The position numbers were made by a program, and so were the translations under genes. From Heterodontus francisci (taxonomy: Eukaryota): 64,000 nt of DNA. Location: NCBI RefSeq assembly GCF_036365525.1, contig NC_090385.1, positions 11,913,658-11,977,657 on the forward strand, read 5' to 3'. Shown one piece after another: positions 1 to 13,589 of the stretch (the first letter of the stretch is position 1; each line of letters opens with the position of its first letter). The notes under the pieces are model-generated. The model was given only the letters and a program-made list of their open reading frames with translations, was not told the DNA's origin and made no database searches.

Positions 1-303
1 AGCCGACGGAGGAGGACGCAATGGAACCGGGACAGAAGGTAAGTTCAGGCAGCCTCACCAGGGGAATCGGTCGTGCCCTGGTGAGGCTAGGGTGGTAGTT
101 TGGGGGGAGGGGAGCGTCTTGGATCTCGGGGTTGGGTTGGCAGGCGGGGGCAGCCCTCAATCGGGCACCCTGTGCCCAATTGCCAGGCTAAACTTGGTCG
201 GAGGCGGAATCGGAGCGGTTAGGCCTCCCGGAGCCTGCCGCTCAATTTTACGTCACCCCCACGCCACCATCTGACCCGCTGGGGCGGCGCAAAATTCCGG
301 CCC
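1..303. mobile_element. End of a GC-rich non-autonomous DNA transposon (Harbinger-like MITE)
   Basis: GC-rich block ending in AAAATTCCGGCCC, similar to the TIR of the MITE at 12698-12971; left end lies outside the window. Confidence 0.5.
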
Positions 304-390
304 ATAGATCTGAAATGTTAACTTTGTTTCTCTCTCCACAGATGCTGCCAGGCCTGCTGAGTATTTCCAGCATTTTCTTTTTTTTATTTA
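304..390 (+). mobile_element. Penelope-like element terminal (pLTR) fragment
   Basis: CTGAAATGTTAAC...TCTCCACAGATGCTGCC...CTGCTGAGTATTTCCAGCA matches the pLTR at 36770-37165 and 40205-40615 in reverse orientation. Confidence 0.7.
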
Positions 391-2047
391 CTTAGAATCT
401 TGGATGGTTTGATGTAAAATACTATATGAAAAAATATCAGATGGGCATTGAAACTAAGCCTAACGAACTTGAAAAGGGTTTATCGAAGCTAGGCGACAAT
501 GGAACTGATGCGTGTCTGATGAGGATTTGGGTCTACAGAGTTCAGGTTTAGCTGAAAGGGTGGAAACGAAGAGAGCATTGGTCAATCGGTCGTCAAGATG
601 ATGGTGTGGCTGAGGGTTTCAGCAGATTTGAGAGGGAGATATGGGTGCAATGGTCAGCTGTTTCAGAGATAGAAGAGGACAGTCTTTGAGACTGACTGGA
701 TGTGTGGTTGATACCTCAGCCCAGGGTCAAAGGTTGTGCTGAAATTACACACTTCCTGGCTCAGCCCAAGTGAACAGCCAGGGCAATTTGATGGAGTCAG
801 CACCAGCGATTCATTGAGGTCCTGGTGAGAAGCAAATAAGACCCCTTGAGAGTAATTTCTGATTAGCCACCCATTATACACCCCGCCCTTTTTTTCCCTA
901 TGGAAAACTCGGTGCATAACAGGGAACTCATCCAATATCTCCCATTTTACACCCTTACCGAAGTTAAAAGTACTCTCAATTTTGTCGTTTGTTGACCTGC
1001 AACATGTTTTGATTCATTCAGGATTTGATGGCAGGTGGGCACTTGGACATTACAGCAGCAAAACTTTACCCAGAGGGTTAGAATGTGCAACTTGTAGTTG
1101 AGGCAAATAGCATAGGCGCATTTAAGGGGAAGCTAGACAAGTACATGAGGAAGAAAGGAAGAGCAGCATATATGCTAGTAGGGTGGGAGGAGGCACATTT
1201 GGAGCAAAACACTGGCGTAAACCAGTTGGCCAAATAGTCTGTTTCTGGTGCATTTTCAAGCGGACGTAATGAAGAATCACATAGATGCAGTAATCTAGTC
1301 GTAACAAAATAACATACTGATTTTGTGACACTTTTCAGTTATTTCATGTCTCTGACCTCTTTCTCCAAATTCCCAGTTTCTCTTGCAGCTTTTCCTTCCA
1401 GATGAATCTAATTTGCTTTATTTCTGATGTACTGGCGCATTCTCCTTTCTAACTATTGTTGTCATACTGCATCTGTCTTGCTCCTTATTCATCGAAGCTT
1501 GAATTTTTCTTTTACCCATTTCAGATTCCTCTATCTCTCAAAGCCCTTCTGGTAATCTTTGCTTCTCTGCTAATCTGGATTCCTTTCTTTTCCTTCCCTC
1601 TCCTCAGCTACTGCAATTTTTAAAAACTTATGAAACCACCTGTTTTGGGATTGATGCTGATTCAAAGATTGGGCAGAAGTGGGAGGAAGAAAACTGATTT
1701 GCCAGTTCCAACATCCCTGTTTTGGATAAAGACAAGAAACTGTTTGTTTACCTTTTACTCAGACTTCTTAGCAATACTATAAGTTTCCTGACCAGAATAA
1801 GATGTCGCTGAGAAAAAAAAAATTACTATTTAATAGAGAGAGAAGTGAGTAATAACAGAAATACACTATGTAAAGTTAACTTATAAGTAAAAGAATTTTC
1901 TTTGCAACTTGTAGCTGGAGTGGATTCAAACCCACATTTTTATTGCTACTGTTGACAGCTTGTTTCAACTGAAAAGTTGGGAATAAAGGGAAGTTTTTTT
2001 TATTTGTTTTGCCATAACAGTTTTCCAGGTTGAATGTTGTAAGATGA

Positions 2048-2353
<306 letters not shown>

Positions 2354-2534
2354 TAATAAATTCAACACACCAGTTTCAATTGAAGAATATGTTCAAAGAA
2401 TAAAGCCATTTTTCATTGGTACAAATATATCATCATTTTAAACACCACTGTAACTGCAGTTTCTGAGCTCTTTGTTTTTATGGACCTCTTTGGTGCATGT
2501 CATGGATCTTCAGCAGCCATGTATAACGTTTAAA

Positions 2535-3315
2535 TGGGATGAGAGGGCTGTCTGATGAGAGATTGAATGAGGCCTATAGCTGGTGGAGTTTTGAAGAATG
2601 AGAGGTGATCTCATTGAAATGTATAAAATTGGCAGGATAGCTCCTGAAAGGCTGTTTCCCCTAGCTGGAGAGTCTAGAACTAGAGGGTCACAGTCTCAGG
2701 ATAAGGGGTCAACCATTTAGGATTGAGGAGGAGGAGAAATTTCTTCACCGAGATGATTGTGAATCTTTGGGATTCTCTATCCCATAGAACAGTGGATGCT
2801 CAGTCAATATTTAAGACTGAGATCAGTAGATTCTTGGACACCAGGTGTATCAAGGGAAATGGGTATAGTGCAGGAAAGTGGAATTGAGGTAGAAGATCAG
2901 CCATGATCTTCTGGAATGGTCTTTTGGGGTGGCGCAGTGGTTAGCACCACAATCTCACAGCTCCAGCGACCCAGGTTCAGTTCCAGGTACTGCCTGTGCG
3001 GAGTTTGCAAGTTCTCCCTGTGACTGCGTGGGTTTCCGCCAGGTGCTCCGGTTTCCTCCCACAGCCAAAGACTTGCAGGTTGATAGGTAAATTGGCCATT
3101 GTAAATTGCCCCTAGCATAGGTAGGTGGTAGGAGAATTGAGGGAAGGTGGGGATGCGGTAGGGAATATGGGATTAATGTAGGATTAGTATAAATGGGTGA
3201 TTGATGGTCGGCACAGACTCGGTGGGCTGAAGGGCCTGTTTCAGTGCTGTATCTCTCTATGACTCTATGACCTAGCTCGAGAGGCCATATGGCCTATTCC
3301 TGCTCCTATTTCTGA
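2535..3315 (+). mobile_element. CR1 LINE 3' fragment interrupted by an HE1 SINE
   Basis: CR1 RT C-terminal motifs (ATGAGAGGTGATCTCATTGAA, AGAACTAGAGGGTCACAGTCT); tail resumes after about 3270. Confidence 0.75.
2926..3270 (+). mobile_element. HE1-like V-SINE
   Basis: tRNA-like head (GGCGCAGTGGTTAGC...GGTTCAGTTCC), V-domain GGAGTTTGCAAGTTCTCCCTGTG...GGTTTCCTCCCAC, CR1-derived tail ending in CTATGACT repeats. Confidence 0.85.
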
Positions 3316-3727
3316 TCTTACATCCATATCCCCACTCATTTATATACATTTCAGATACTGATATCAGATTTTCATGTTTAAAATTGCAGTCGATAAACCA
3401 GTATTAGAAGCAGAACAAATTAAATTAGTACAAATAGGATTGAGTTGCCTGGGCCTTTTAAGCTGGATTGCAGGTATTAGGGGCTGCCTGTCATCCACAG
3501 GTTACAATTTGGGTACTACTGATAGGAAAATTTGTAGGATACTTAGAGAAGTTTTGAGGTGTGTAGCATCCAATAGGATTCAAATTATGTACGATTAAAT
3601 TGGCTTTAAAAGAGACAGTTCATTCAGAATACTTGTACCCGACCCCAGCTCTATTTAGAAAATGCTTTCATATGGAGCCCATCAATTTTAGTCAGTCTTC
3701 TCTTAAATTAACTACTTTAACTAGCTT

Positions 3728-4295
3728 ATAGGATCATAGGAAATAGGAGCAGGAGTAGGCCATTTGGCCCATTGAGCCTGCTCCACCATTGAAGCAGATC
3801 ATGGCTGATCATCCACCTCTATGCCATTTTTCCCCACTGTCCCTATAACCCTTGATAGTATTCAGAAATCTGTTGATTTCTGTTTTGAACATGCTCAACA
3901 ATTGAGCTTCCACAGCCCTCGGGTAGAGAATTACACGGATTCACCACCCTCTGAATAAAGCAATTCCTCCTCGTCTCAGTCTTAAATGGCCTGCCACTTA
4001 TTCTGAGACTGTAACCCCTTGTTCAAGACTCACCAGCCAGAGGAAACATCCTATCCACATCCACCCTGTCACGCCCTGTAAGAATTTTGTAAGTTTCAAT
4101 GAGATCACCTCTCATTCTTTGAAACGCCAGAGAATACACGCCCAGTTTCTGCAATCCCTCCTCATAAGACAATCCCACCATCTCGGAGATTAGTCTGGTG
4201 AACTTCTGTTGCTGGCAAGTATGTCCTTCCTTAGATAAGGAGACCAAAACTGTACACAGTATTCCAGGTGTGGTCTCACCAATGCTTTATACAGT
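3728..4295 (-). mobile_element. CR1 LINE 3' fragment
   Basis: ORF 4023-4247 (GLSYEEGLQKLGVYSL...RMRGDLIETYKIL) is a CR1 RT C-terminus. Confidence 0.85.
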
Positions 4296-4404
4296 TGAAA
4301 CAGCTTTGCTGTTTTGTGTTAATATGACCCATTGAACAAATGAAGTGAATTTGGGGGGAGTAAGGGGGATACTCTGAATAAAAAGTATGAATCTATTGAT
4401 GTTT

Positions 4405-4945
4405 TATATTCATGCCCATGTTACCTCTAGACTTGACTATTCCAACGCACCCCTGGCTGGCCTCCCACATTATATCCCCCACAAACTTGAGGTCATCCAA
4501 AACTCTGCTGCCCATGTCCTAAATTGCACCAAGTCCTGCTCATCAATCATACCTGTGCTCATTGACCTACATTGGTTCCTGGTCAAGCAACACCTTGATT
4601 TTGAAATTTTCATCCTTGTTTTCAAATCCCTTCATGGCCTGGCCGCTCCCTATCTCTGTAATTTCCTCCATCCCCACAACCCTCCAAGATATCTGTGCTC
4701 ATCTGATTCTGGCCTTCAGCTGCCTAGGCCCTAAGCTCTGAAATTCCCTCCCTAAACCTCTCCAACTGTCTACCTCTCTTTTTCTTTAAGGCACTTCTTA
4801 AAACCTATCTCTTTGACCAAGTTTTTGGCCATCTGCCCTAATGTTGCCTTATGTGGCTCGGTGTCTAATTTTGCTTTATAATCCTCATGTAAAGCACCCT
4901 GGGACGCTTTATTGCATTAAAGGCACAATATAAATATAAGTTGTG
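4405..4945 (+). mobile_element. L2-clade LINE 3' fragment
   Basis: ORF 4387-4734 IHAHVTSRLDYSNA..L.GLP...KLEVIQNSAA...LHW is the L2 RT C-terminal signature. Confidence 0.85.
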
Positions 4946-6019
4946 GAACTTGGCCAACTTCACTGGTCAAATTCTCTCAGCTCTTGTTTGCATTGTTGTT
5001 TTTTTAATTGTTTGTTTGTGGGATATGTGTGATGCTGGCAAAGCTACCTTTTATTGCCTATGCCTGGTTTATCCCTGAAGGTGGTGGTGGACCACCTACA
5101 ACTGCTGCAGTCCCTGTGATGATGTTTCCACGATGTTGGGGAATTACAGGACTTTGACTCGGTGATGTTCAAAAGGGATGAAGATGTGTGTCAAGGTCAG
5201 GCTGGTGTATGTTAAGGGACTTTGGATGTGATTGCAGCCCCACTAGTATTGCTGCTCTTGTCCTTCTTGGTGTAGAGGTTGCAGTGAAGAGAGGGCCTAT
5301 TGAAGTAAACCTGATGTGGCATCGCAGGACTCCATCCTGGGGGAAATAGGGGAGGATGGGAGTGGGGGTAAGACTAATGAGACTAATCCAGTCCAGCATG
5401 AAGCCTTGGGGGATCGTCAGCTGGCATAACAGCAATGCAGAAGCCTAGAACCCTTTGACCTGTTGACTGAAGAAGGAGGCATGGTAGCAGGAGCAAATTT
5501 TATTTTGTAGGATTTCTTGTCAAAGCACATACTCCTCTGTTGGTTTATGTAATCTTTAAGCAATGCAGTGGTTGAAAAAGCACAAGTAGAATAGTTCATA
5601 ATTTTAAAACTGAAGATTGTAGAAGTGTACCGATCAGTCAGCATTTGTGTCGGGTTTCAGCATGACTAGAATTGATGAATAGTAGATGTTGCAGTGCAGT
5701 TCAATTAGGACTGATTGCTTCTCCAGCTATGCTTAGAGTCATTTATTTATAACATGGAAGGAGACCATTTGGCCCATCGAGTCCATGCCGACTCTCCACG
5801 GAGCTATGCAGTCAGTCCCACTCCCTGGCTCGATCCCCATAGCCCTGCAAGTCTAGGTTACCGATTTCAGTTCTTCCTTGGTCAAGACCACGTGGGCAGA
5901 CAGCAAATTAAGCTTTAAATTCTTCATTAGCACTTTGAGAAAAAATTCCCATCAATCTCATGTTGCTGTACAATATACACAATATATAAAAGGCAAGTAT
6001 CATTGATTAAATGTTGTCC

Positions 6020-6375
6020 CTGAGCCAGGAGGTTTAAAACACGATCTAGGACTTAAGCACGTAATCTAGGTTGTTACTTCAGTGTAGGTGACTGCTGCAT
6101 TACCTGAGATGCTTTCCATCAAACAAAGAATAAAACCAAGATCTGGTCTTGCCTGTTCACGTGGATGTTGAAGATTCCATGGTACTATTTAAAAACAAGC
6201 AGGAGGTTCTCTTGGTGTCTTAACTAACATTTAGTCAACACTACCAACAACTGATCATTTATCCCACTGCCGTTGTGGGATCCAAAATGGCAATAGTATT
6301 GTTGACAAAACTCCCACTACCTTGGCATATTTGAGAGAGATGAGATAAGGCACATTATAAATAAATGCAAGTCTT
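6020..6375 (+). mobile_element. Ancient Deu-domain SINE (SacSINE1/AmnSINE1-like)
   Basis: Degenerate ACTTCAGTG...GCTGCATT...GATGC...TAAAACCAAGATC...GTGGATGTTGAAGATTCCATGGTACTATTT, homologous to 12080-12480. Confidence 0.55.
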
Positions 6376-8044
6376 TTACTTGTCCATTTTTTTAGGATAT
6401 ATTTTTGCTTTAATTATGCAAGTAAATTGCCTGGAATGTGCAAATTGAAACCAGTAGATTTTCTCAGTTGTAATGCGCACACTAATTAGGGAGGTGGAAA
6501 AGAGAAATGGGGGAAAAATAGCAATTTAATAACAATGCACACAGGCACACTAATCAGTAATTGATTTTGTGTTTTATATTGGTGAAAACTTCAGTATCTT
6601 GCCATTGAATATTGTTGATTTAATTTTTCAGAACTCAGTTTTGTCAGGACGCATAATGCAACTGTTAGTTTTTTTTAATGCATCATTTAATGTTGCTTCC
6701 CTTGAGGAATAGTCTGGATCTTTTCTGCAAAGAGCATTGAAATTCAATCTATTTGATTCCCTGTTGGATTAAACTTTGTTCTTAGTTTTGTGTTTCCCTC
6801 CATTCAAACCATTGAGCTCTTGGTAAATTGAAATTACTTGTGCAGAGAAATGTGATCCTATTTGCCTGATCTTAAGAGCATTGATAAGCTACAGGCAGTT
6901 GTGGTTGGTGAGTCCTACTTTATTTGCATTAGGCTATGAAAATTCTTCATTTCAGGTTCCTACCTAAGATAGCTTCCAACAGAAAGTTACTGTTTACCCA
7001 TCTCCGACTGAATTGACAATGGAGTGTATATATCATTATGTCAATACTGAAAGGTCTTTATCCTCTTACAGTTTATAAATGCCACCTCTTTGGGACACGG
7101 GCTGTAATCTCAGTAAGGTACTTGACAAACAGTTGCATTAATATATTTTATTTGGCTAAATTCTAGTAGGTATGAAACTTTTCCGATAAGTATCATTCCA
7201 TTAGGTTTTGAATTTGTTAATCCTATGAATTTATAAACAATATTTGAAGGTTAGGTACTTTCTCGCACCCAATACTGCATTATCGATATTTCACCTAAAA
7301 ATTATTTGCTACTAGGCGATATGTTTCGATTGCAGGTGTTTTATCACAATCAGAAAGTCTGCTATTCTAACCCCCTCCCCACCCCCCAGCCAATGCAGCT
7401 AGTTTAGAATCATATGCTATGTGGAGGAAGAAAGGGAGTTTTTCTGGCTTTGTAAAGTCTTCTATGAATGAAAACACTCCCCACATAGTGATGTCACAGT
7501 GCCCTTAATCCTGCTATATTTATATTTATACATAGTTAAATTTATTATATTTTTTTATCTTCCTCCTCTGGGAAAGAACTCATGCACCTTTAAACAACAT
7601 AGGGTGGGAGAATCTTGGCATTATGACATCAAAACTGTCTTTAAGGTACTTTTTTTTATGTTGACCTTCCCATTGGGGCTTGCTCCTTTATTATGTAGAG
7701 GATGGTTTCATTTGAAAAATGAGGAAGCCCTTTCAAGGTAAGTAACTTACCTTCTGTATCTGCATGAGTATTTCCCATTTTCAAATAGATTTGCGAGGTT
7801 TTATAATTTCCATGTCTGCCTACATGTCTCCTTAAGCAAGTTATTGGAAGGTGAACCCCTAGCACCTTACACAGCAAGGAACCAATGTTTTCAGTACAGA
7901 AGGGAGCGAATTGGCAAAAAAAAAATTCAAATTGCATTGCAGTGTAACTTTATACAGAAATGGTAACATTAATATCATTAATTTAGTTGAAATTAATGTT
8001 TTCTCTAGGCGACATTCTTCCTTTAATATCAATCTGATTTATAG

Positions 8045-8123
8045 GACCAGGAGGCAGTCAAGCAGGCCAGAAATTATCTCGAGTTTACAGAAGACTCTGT
8101 CCAAGTACCGAGGAATCTAGTAG
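8045..8123 (+). CDS. FMR1: FMR1 exon (human exon 9 equivalent), KH1/KH2 junction
   Basis: tttatag|...TAG|gtaagc; 79 nt; [26 protein letters not shown](G). Confidence 0.96.
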
Positions 8124-8207
8124 GTAAGCCCATCATAAGAAATGCCCTTGAGTAAATATTATTCATTATTGAACTTATAAAATGGAACTGACCCATTCCT
8201 TCTCCAG

Positions 8208-8317
8208 GAAAAGTAATAGGCAAAAACGGGAAGCTCATACAAGAAATTGTAGACAAATCGGGAGTTGTCCGAGTGAGAATTGAAGGAGACGGTGATAAAA
8301 AGATTCCACGGGAAGAG
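8208..8317 (+). CDS. FMR1: FMR1 exon (human exon 10 equivalent), KH2 GXXG loop
   Basis: Follows an 84-nt intron; ctccag|...GAG|gtgtgt; 110 nt; [36 protein letters not shown], including the Ile equivalent to human I304. Confidence 0.96.
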
Positions 8318-9239
8318 GTGTGTTGTGCTTTTGTTATAGTTCAATGCATAATGTACTGCAGCTTGTTATTGAAGAAGATGTATCTGATCGAAGTATGATT
8401 CACTCGCCGAAGTCCAGTTACCAGACCCCAGATATATTCCCCACCCTCCACCTCCCTCAGGATCTGATGACCACCCCTCTCAGTGCTTCGGAGCCTGACA
8501 CTTTTGTTGGTGCTGTCCATTTGGCATCTGCTTCCCACCTTCCCCCCCCCCCACCCCACTGTTAAGCCCCCAGGAATCATCTAGTAACCTAAACCCCACA
8601 ATTTCCAGTAAATCAAACCCCACCTTCCACTCACTTGGTTATCACCATCCCAGGTTTCACCATAATGGTACTGTGGAACCCAACACCACACCCCAATGCT
8701 ATTGAAGCCTAGCCCCTTGTATATGCTACTAAACCTGGCAGAGGTATTGCTAAACTCAACATACCTGTCTCCAATCTGTTACTTGTTGCCCCCCATCTTC
8801 TGAGTATCATTTTTTTTTGAAGTGAGATAAAGATTAAATGCACAGGTAAATTCACACAATAATCAAGGCTTCTCACACAGGTTTTGCAGAAAAATGGAAG
8901 GAGTTGTGGAACTTAAACTCAAACACCAATTAAAAAGTTGCAGAAAACTGCAACAGGATCTGACTTTTCCAGTTGTCAGAAATCAGTGTCCCTCATAATA
9001 CCTGGCATATCGTCACTATCGTTCTAAAACAGCATATACCTAATGCCACAGGAAATACTCGTGATTTTTTTTAAAACTCACCTCCACTGTACATTTGCTT
9101 CTCTGGGTTACATCTTTGGTAAATTGAGATTTCTGGCTCAAACTAAATAAAGCAAAGTACTCTGAAATATCACCAAATATCAGAGCTGGAATGTCTGCAG
9201 TTTCGTAATTGATTTGTATGAGCTCACCCAGTGTTTAGC

Positions 9240-9580
9240 GTCAAAGAGAGATACAGCACCAAAACAGGCCCTTCGTCCCAACGAGTCCGCGCCAACCATC
9301 AACCATCCATTTATACTAATCCTACATTAATCCCATTTTTTTCCCCCTCTCTCATCCCCACCTTCCCTCAATTTTCCTACCACCTACCTACACTAGGGGT
9401 ATTTTTTTACAATGGCCAATTTACCTATCAACCCGCAAGTCTTTGGCATGTGGGAGGAAATCAGAGCACCCGGAGGAAACCCACATGGTCACAGGAAGAA
9501 CTTGCAAACTCCGCACAGGCAGTACCCAGAACCGAACCCGGGTCGCTGGAGCTGTGAGGCTGCGGTGCTAGCCACTGTCC
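9240..9580 (-). mobile_element. HE1-like V-SINE
   Basis: Reverse complement of the family at 2926-3270 (GAACTTGCAAACTCCGCACAGGCAGTACCCAGAACCGAACCCGGGTCGCTGGAGCTGTGAGG). Confidence 0.85.
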
Positions 9581-12079
9581 CATACTTAACAGCAATTAGA
9601 TTTTGTTTCTTAGATAAGTACACCTACCCTTTAAGAAGATTAATGCATTACATGGCATGTTTCTGTCCTTACAAAGCAGTGATATCTCTGACTTGCTGAG
9701 AGCAGTGCCACAAGAGGTTTGCCAGGATGAAATTAAAAGGCCTGAGCTGGTACACGTCATTACGCTACATCTTGGAAAGGTATCACTCCTGAAAGTGTGG
9801 ACTCTGTGGCATCGCATCTCAAGTGTCATGCCTCAGAGGTCACCCTTCCAAAGCATCACGTGTCCATAGAACAAAACAATCATAAATGGCTCAAATAACC
9901 CCTTTTTTATCAAATCACCAATTAAATATCTAATTAACTCAATCAAAATGTCCCAATGACAGAAAAGTAACAACAGAAAATCATACAAACCCTTTTTTTT
10001 CCCCTAAAGTTTTCACTCTTGAACCAGTAAGTGCAAGTAACCACTCAATAATAAAGTGGGACCTAAATTGCAGGGCCTTTTCTGCAACAACTGATGGAGA
10101 TTGTTGAAACTAGCTATATGACTGAACTGAATAAACTGATTTTATTTTTTAATTTACAACTCTGGTGTGAAGAGTTTGTTCTAAACTTTAATAGATACCA
10201 GAGAAAAATCTAAACACAGCACAAATTTTTGAGTTATTTCAGCAGTGAAATCACTGGCTTCCAGATTCCTAGCCACAAAATCCATGCCAATTTGCCCCAG
10301 GTCCTAGAATTCATCCTTCCCGAAAACTTGGCCCTTTTTGTTGGAGAAATTAAATTAATATCAGGAATAAGCATCACTTCTTTCTTCCTTACTCTCTCAT
10401 TGTCTCATGTTGTTAGTGATTAGAACCTTTTGTAGTTGTGACCAGGAGCCTTTTCTAACTCAAAAAAACATAGGTGCGATAAATGGTGGCTTTAAAATGT
10501 GATTTCTTTTTTTAATTGATGGAAAATTAACATAAGGAAGTCTTATTTTTCCTCTCACTGGTCAACGTGAAATTTATAGAACACAAACTGCAACAGATGT
10601 GTAATTAATTGTTTTTCGCAGTCTCACAACATGCATGTTTACAAGATACTCTATAAATTTTGCCTTAAGATTTTGAAATTTGTTCTCTAGTTTTTCATCA
10701 AATAATTTTGAAAAGCAACTGAGCAGAAACCGTTAGAAGCTAAAGAAAATATTGCATCAGTACAGCTTATTCAATGGTACTGATACATTCTGGGAAATCA
10801 GGTATGCTGCACATGCTCGGAGTGTACAGACAAAATTAATCACAACATCGTAACTCAAGGCAAAAATATTAGGTCTAGACCATGCTTTTCAGAAAGTCTA
10901 AGGTCTTTAACTAAACATTCTAATATAAAGTATTAAAAGGACAATTCAGTGGATAAATGTGATCAGGTAACTGCAAAAAAAATGATTTTTAAAGACAAAC
11001 TCTTATTTTAGACATTAGAAATTTTAGTTATGGGGGTTGAATTTCAAATGAGAAGCTTTGTGGGGAAAATATAGTAAAATATAATCCAGATCCTGCAACC
11101 ACAGTAATTTTAAATGGATTACCATCATAAAAATGGATATGGAGAAAAATTGACACATGTAGCAAAAGTGCCAACAGGAAGCAAGTCTTTGCGAGCAGGA
11201 ATTCTGCACAGATGCAAGATTTATAATATATAGGCAGATTTTTTAAAATGATGCCTGTGTTGCGCGTTGCACTTTTCTGTGTGCAAACTTTGTGTCATTT
11301 TTATTTTAATATGAAGCCAATCATTTGCAATCTCCAGAGAAGCTCCATGAGCAACAGAGAAAAACACTTGAAGAATGGACAGTTGGCTGTAATTAACATT
11401 AATTACACAACAACTATTGTGCATCTGTGTCTGTCACACTGGTATCGATTTTGACTCAAATGTCATATTGATAAAGTTAAAAATCGCAGCTATGCGGGTC
11501 ACAGGCCTACCAATATGCAAGTGACGTGGGAATGAAAACTGCTGATTATAAATCTACCAAGAGTTTAAAATGGGATGCAAAGCCAATCAAATCATTAAGT
11601 GTTCTTTTTTTTTAACAATAATCTTTTTAGATGCCATTTTTCATTTTCTGACTATACTGAGCATCCATTTCTAAAAGTAAGTTTTCTAAACTTAATGTTA
11701 CAACATTTATAATGAATTGATTAAACTTAGCTCTGCAGTTGCCTTTTGTGACATTTTCCATTGAAGGACTGTTCTTCTAAGAAATATACAGTTTGAGTTC
11801 ATGAAGCTTCCCAGAACGATCACTCTGCCAACTAAATGAAGCAGCAAAAGTATTCATCAAACTAAACCCCAAGAATGCATGTAAAGCTGTGCATTGCAAT
11901 TCCTAGAATGCTGTTAAGGGCTGCTGGTCTTCTGAATCAAATGAATGCAACCACATAGAAGTTGCTTCTGACACGAAGGTGAGCCATTCACCGAGATACA
12001 GAACTTGTTCCTTAAGCCCTTCCCTCTGCTCAATCTAATTAAGAGTGCGCCTGAAACATGAACAGATCATTAATCTTTA

Positions 12080-12480
12080 CCTCTGAAGTGCAAGTCCCAC
12101 TGAAGGACTTGAATACATCATCGCAGCCAACACTTCAGATCAGTACCAAGGCAGTGCTGCATTGTCAGAGGTGCCACTGTTCAGATGAGATAGTAAACCA
12201 CAGCACTGTCTGCTGGTTCAGGTAGTTGTAAAACATCGCATGACGCTATTCAAAGAAGATCAGGAAGTTCTGGTGTCCGGGCCAAATTTCCCTCCTCAAC
12301 CAATACGACCAAAAACAGAGTAACATAATTTATTCCATTTGCTTGTGGCACCTTGCTGTATGCAAGTTGGCTGCCACGCTTGCATATATAACAAGAGTGA
12401 TTGAAAATATTTTAACATAGTTGACTCTATATTGGGAGTTCCTTGGGATGTCCTGAGGACATCATATAATTATATAAATA
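12080..12480 (+). mobile_element. Deu-domain SINE (SacSINE1/AmnSINE1-like)
   Basis: Deu-like core ACACTTCAGATCAGTACCAAGGCAGTGCTGCATTGTCAGAGGTGCC...CAGATGAGATAGTAAACC followed by an L2-like tail. Confidence 0.65.
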
Positions 12481-12697
12481 GAAAGCTAATTCTTTGCACA
12501 AGAATTGGTTATACTATTTGTGGGTAACTGGTGACCATGGAACTAAATCCTTGCTAGAATCAACAAGAGAGAATGAGAAGCAGTTGGGGGAGGGAGGTGG
12601 GGTGAAGTTCACAAAGCTTTCTGCTAATTGCTGTTAGTGAAATCATAAATGCCGTGTAATGTTAGCCAAAAACTTTTCTGTCTGTTTGATTGACCTT

Positions 12698-12971
12698 GGG
12701 CTGAATTTTACCAGCCGCTCGACATCATGGGTCGTGGCGGAGAGGCCCATAAAATGCTAACGGGAGTGGGCCGCCACGACGCGAGAAAGCCCCGCCGGGT
12801 ATTAGCGGTGCGGCGTGGCCTTCATTAAAATATGGAAATCACAAAAATTAACATGTAAATGACCTTACCTGCTGGCGGCGGCCATCCCACGCCAATGTTA
12901 TGGCTGTCAATAGCAATTCGCGCGCCTTTGGAACTCCATACGGAGCGTGGCGCACTGATAAAATTCAGCCC
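12698..12971. mobile_element. PIF/Harbinger-type MITE
   Basis: 13-bp perfect TIRs GGGCTGAATTTTA / TAAAATTCAGCCC with 3-bp flanking duplication CTT; CpG-rich interior. Confidence 0.8.
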
Positions 12972-13589
12972 CTTGTGTGCTGGATGAAAATTCATAAGTC
13001 ATGACTTTGCAGGCATGGCTTTATTTGCTTTGAAGGCTCCCTTGTGCACAGTTTGCTGTTTTCCTTTTATTGACTGAAAAAGCTGGAAATGTTTCAGCAT
13101 TAACAACAGAAATCTATTCTATAAATCAATCTGGTTTAAAAAAGATTTACAGAAATATCAGACTATTCCATCTGTTTTAATTTGGTGGAAATAGAATGAA
13201 ATGTTCAAGGACTACTTCACAAAAATAACCAAGGCTGCTGGCCTCACCAGGTGGGAAAAATGAATGGAATCACTTGATCTGTCCTCCAAAACACCCGCTA
13301 AACATCCAGGAATCTTGCATAATTTAAAAAAACTTCTCAGCTGCCATAACCAGTGGCCCTGGGTGTGTATGTCATGGATTAACAAAGCTTCTTAAATGTG
13401 TGCTAAAAAAGCATGAACCATCTGTTTAAAAATAAGATTAAGATTGGTTTACAGCGTGTGTTGCAGTTTGGTCATGAGTGTTTAAACATTTTAGAATTTG
13501 TTATAAGTTTTATCCAAAAAATAACTTTCTATTTGAGAGGTTATTTGTATTAAACTGAGGTTTAAATATGATCTAAAAATCACTTTCAG

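Noticed and set aside
1-303. GC-rich start as the FMR1 CpG island or CGG repeat
   Set aside because: It lies in an intron upstream of the exon 8 equivalent and ends in a MITE-like TIR; the promoter and exon 1 are outside the window.
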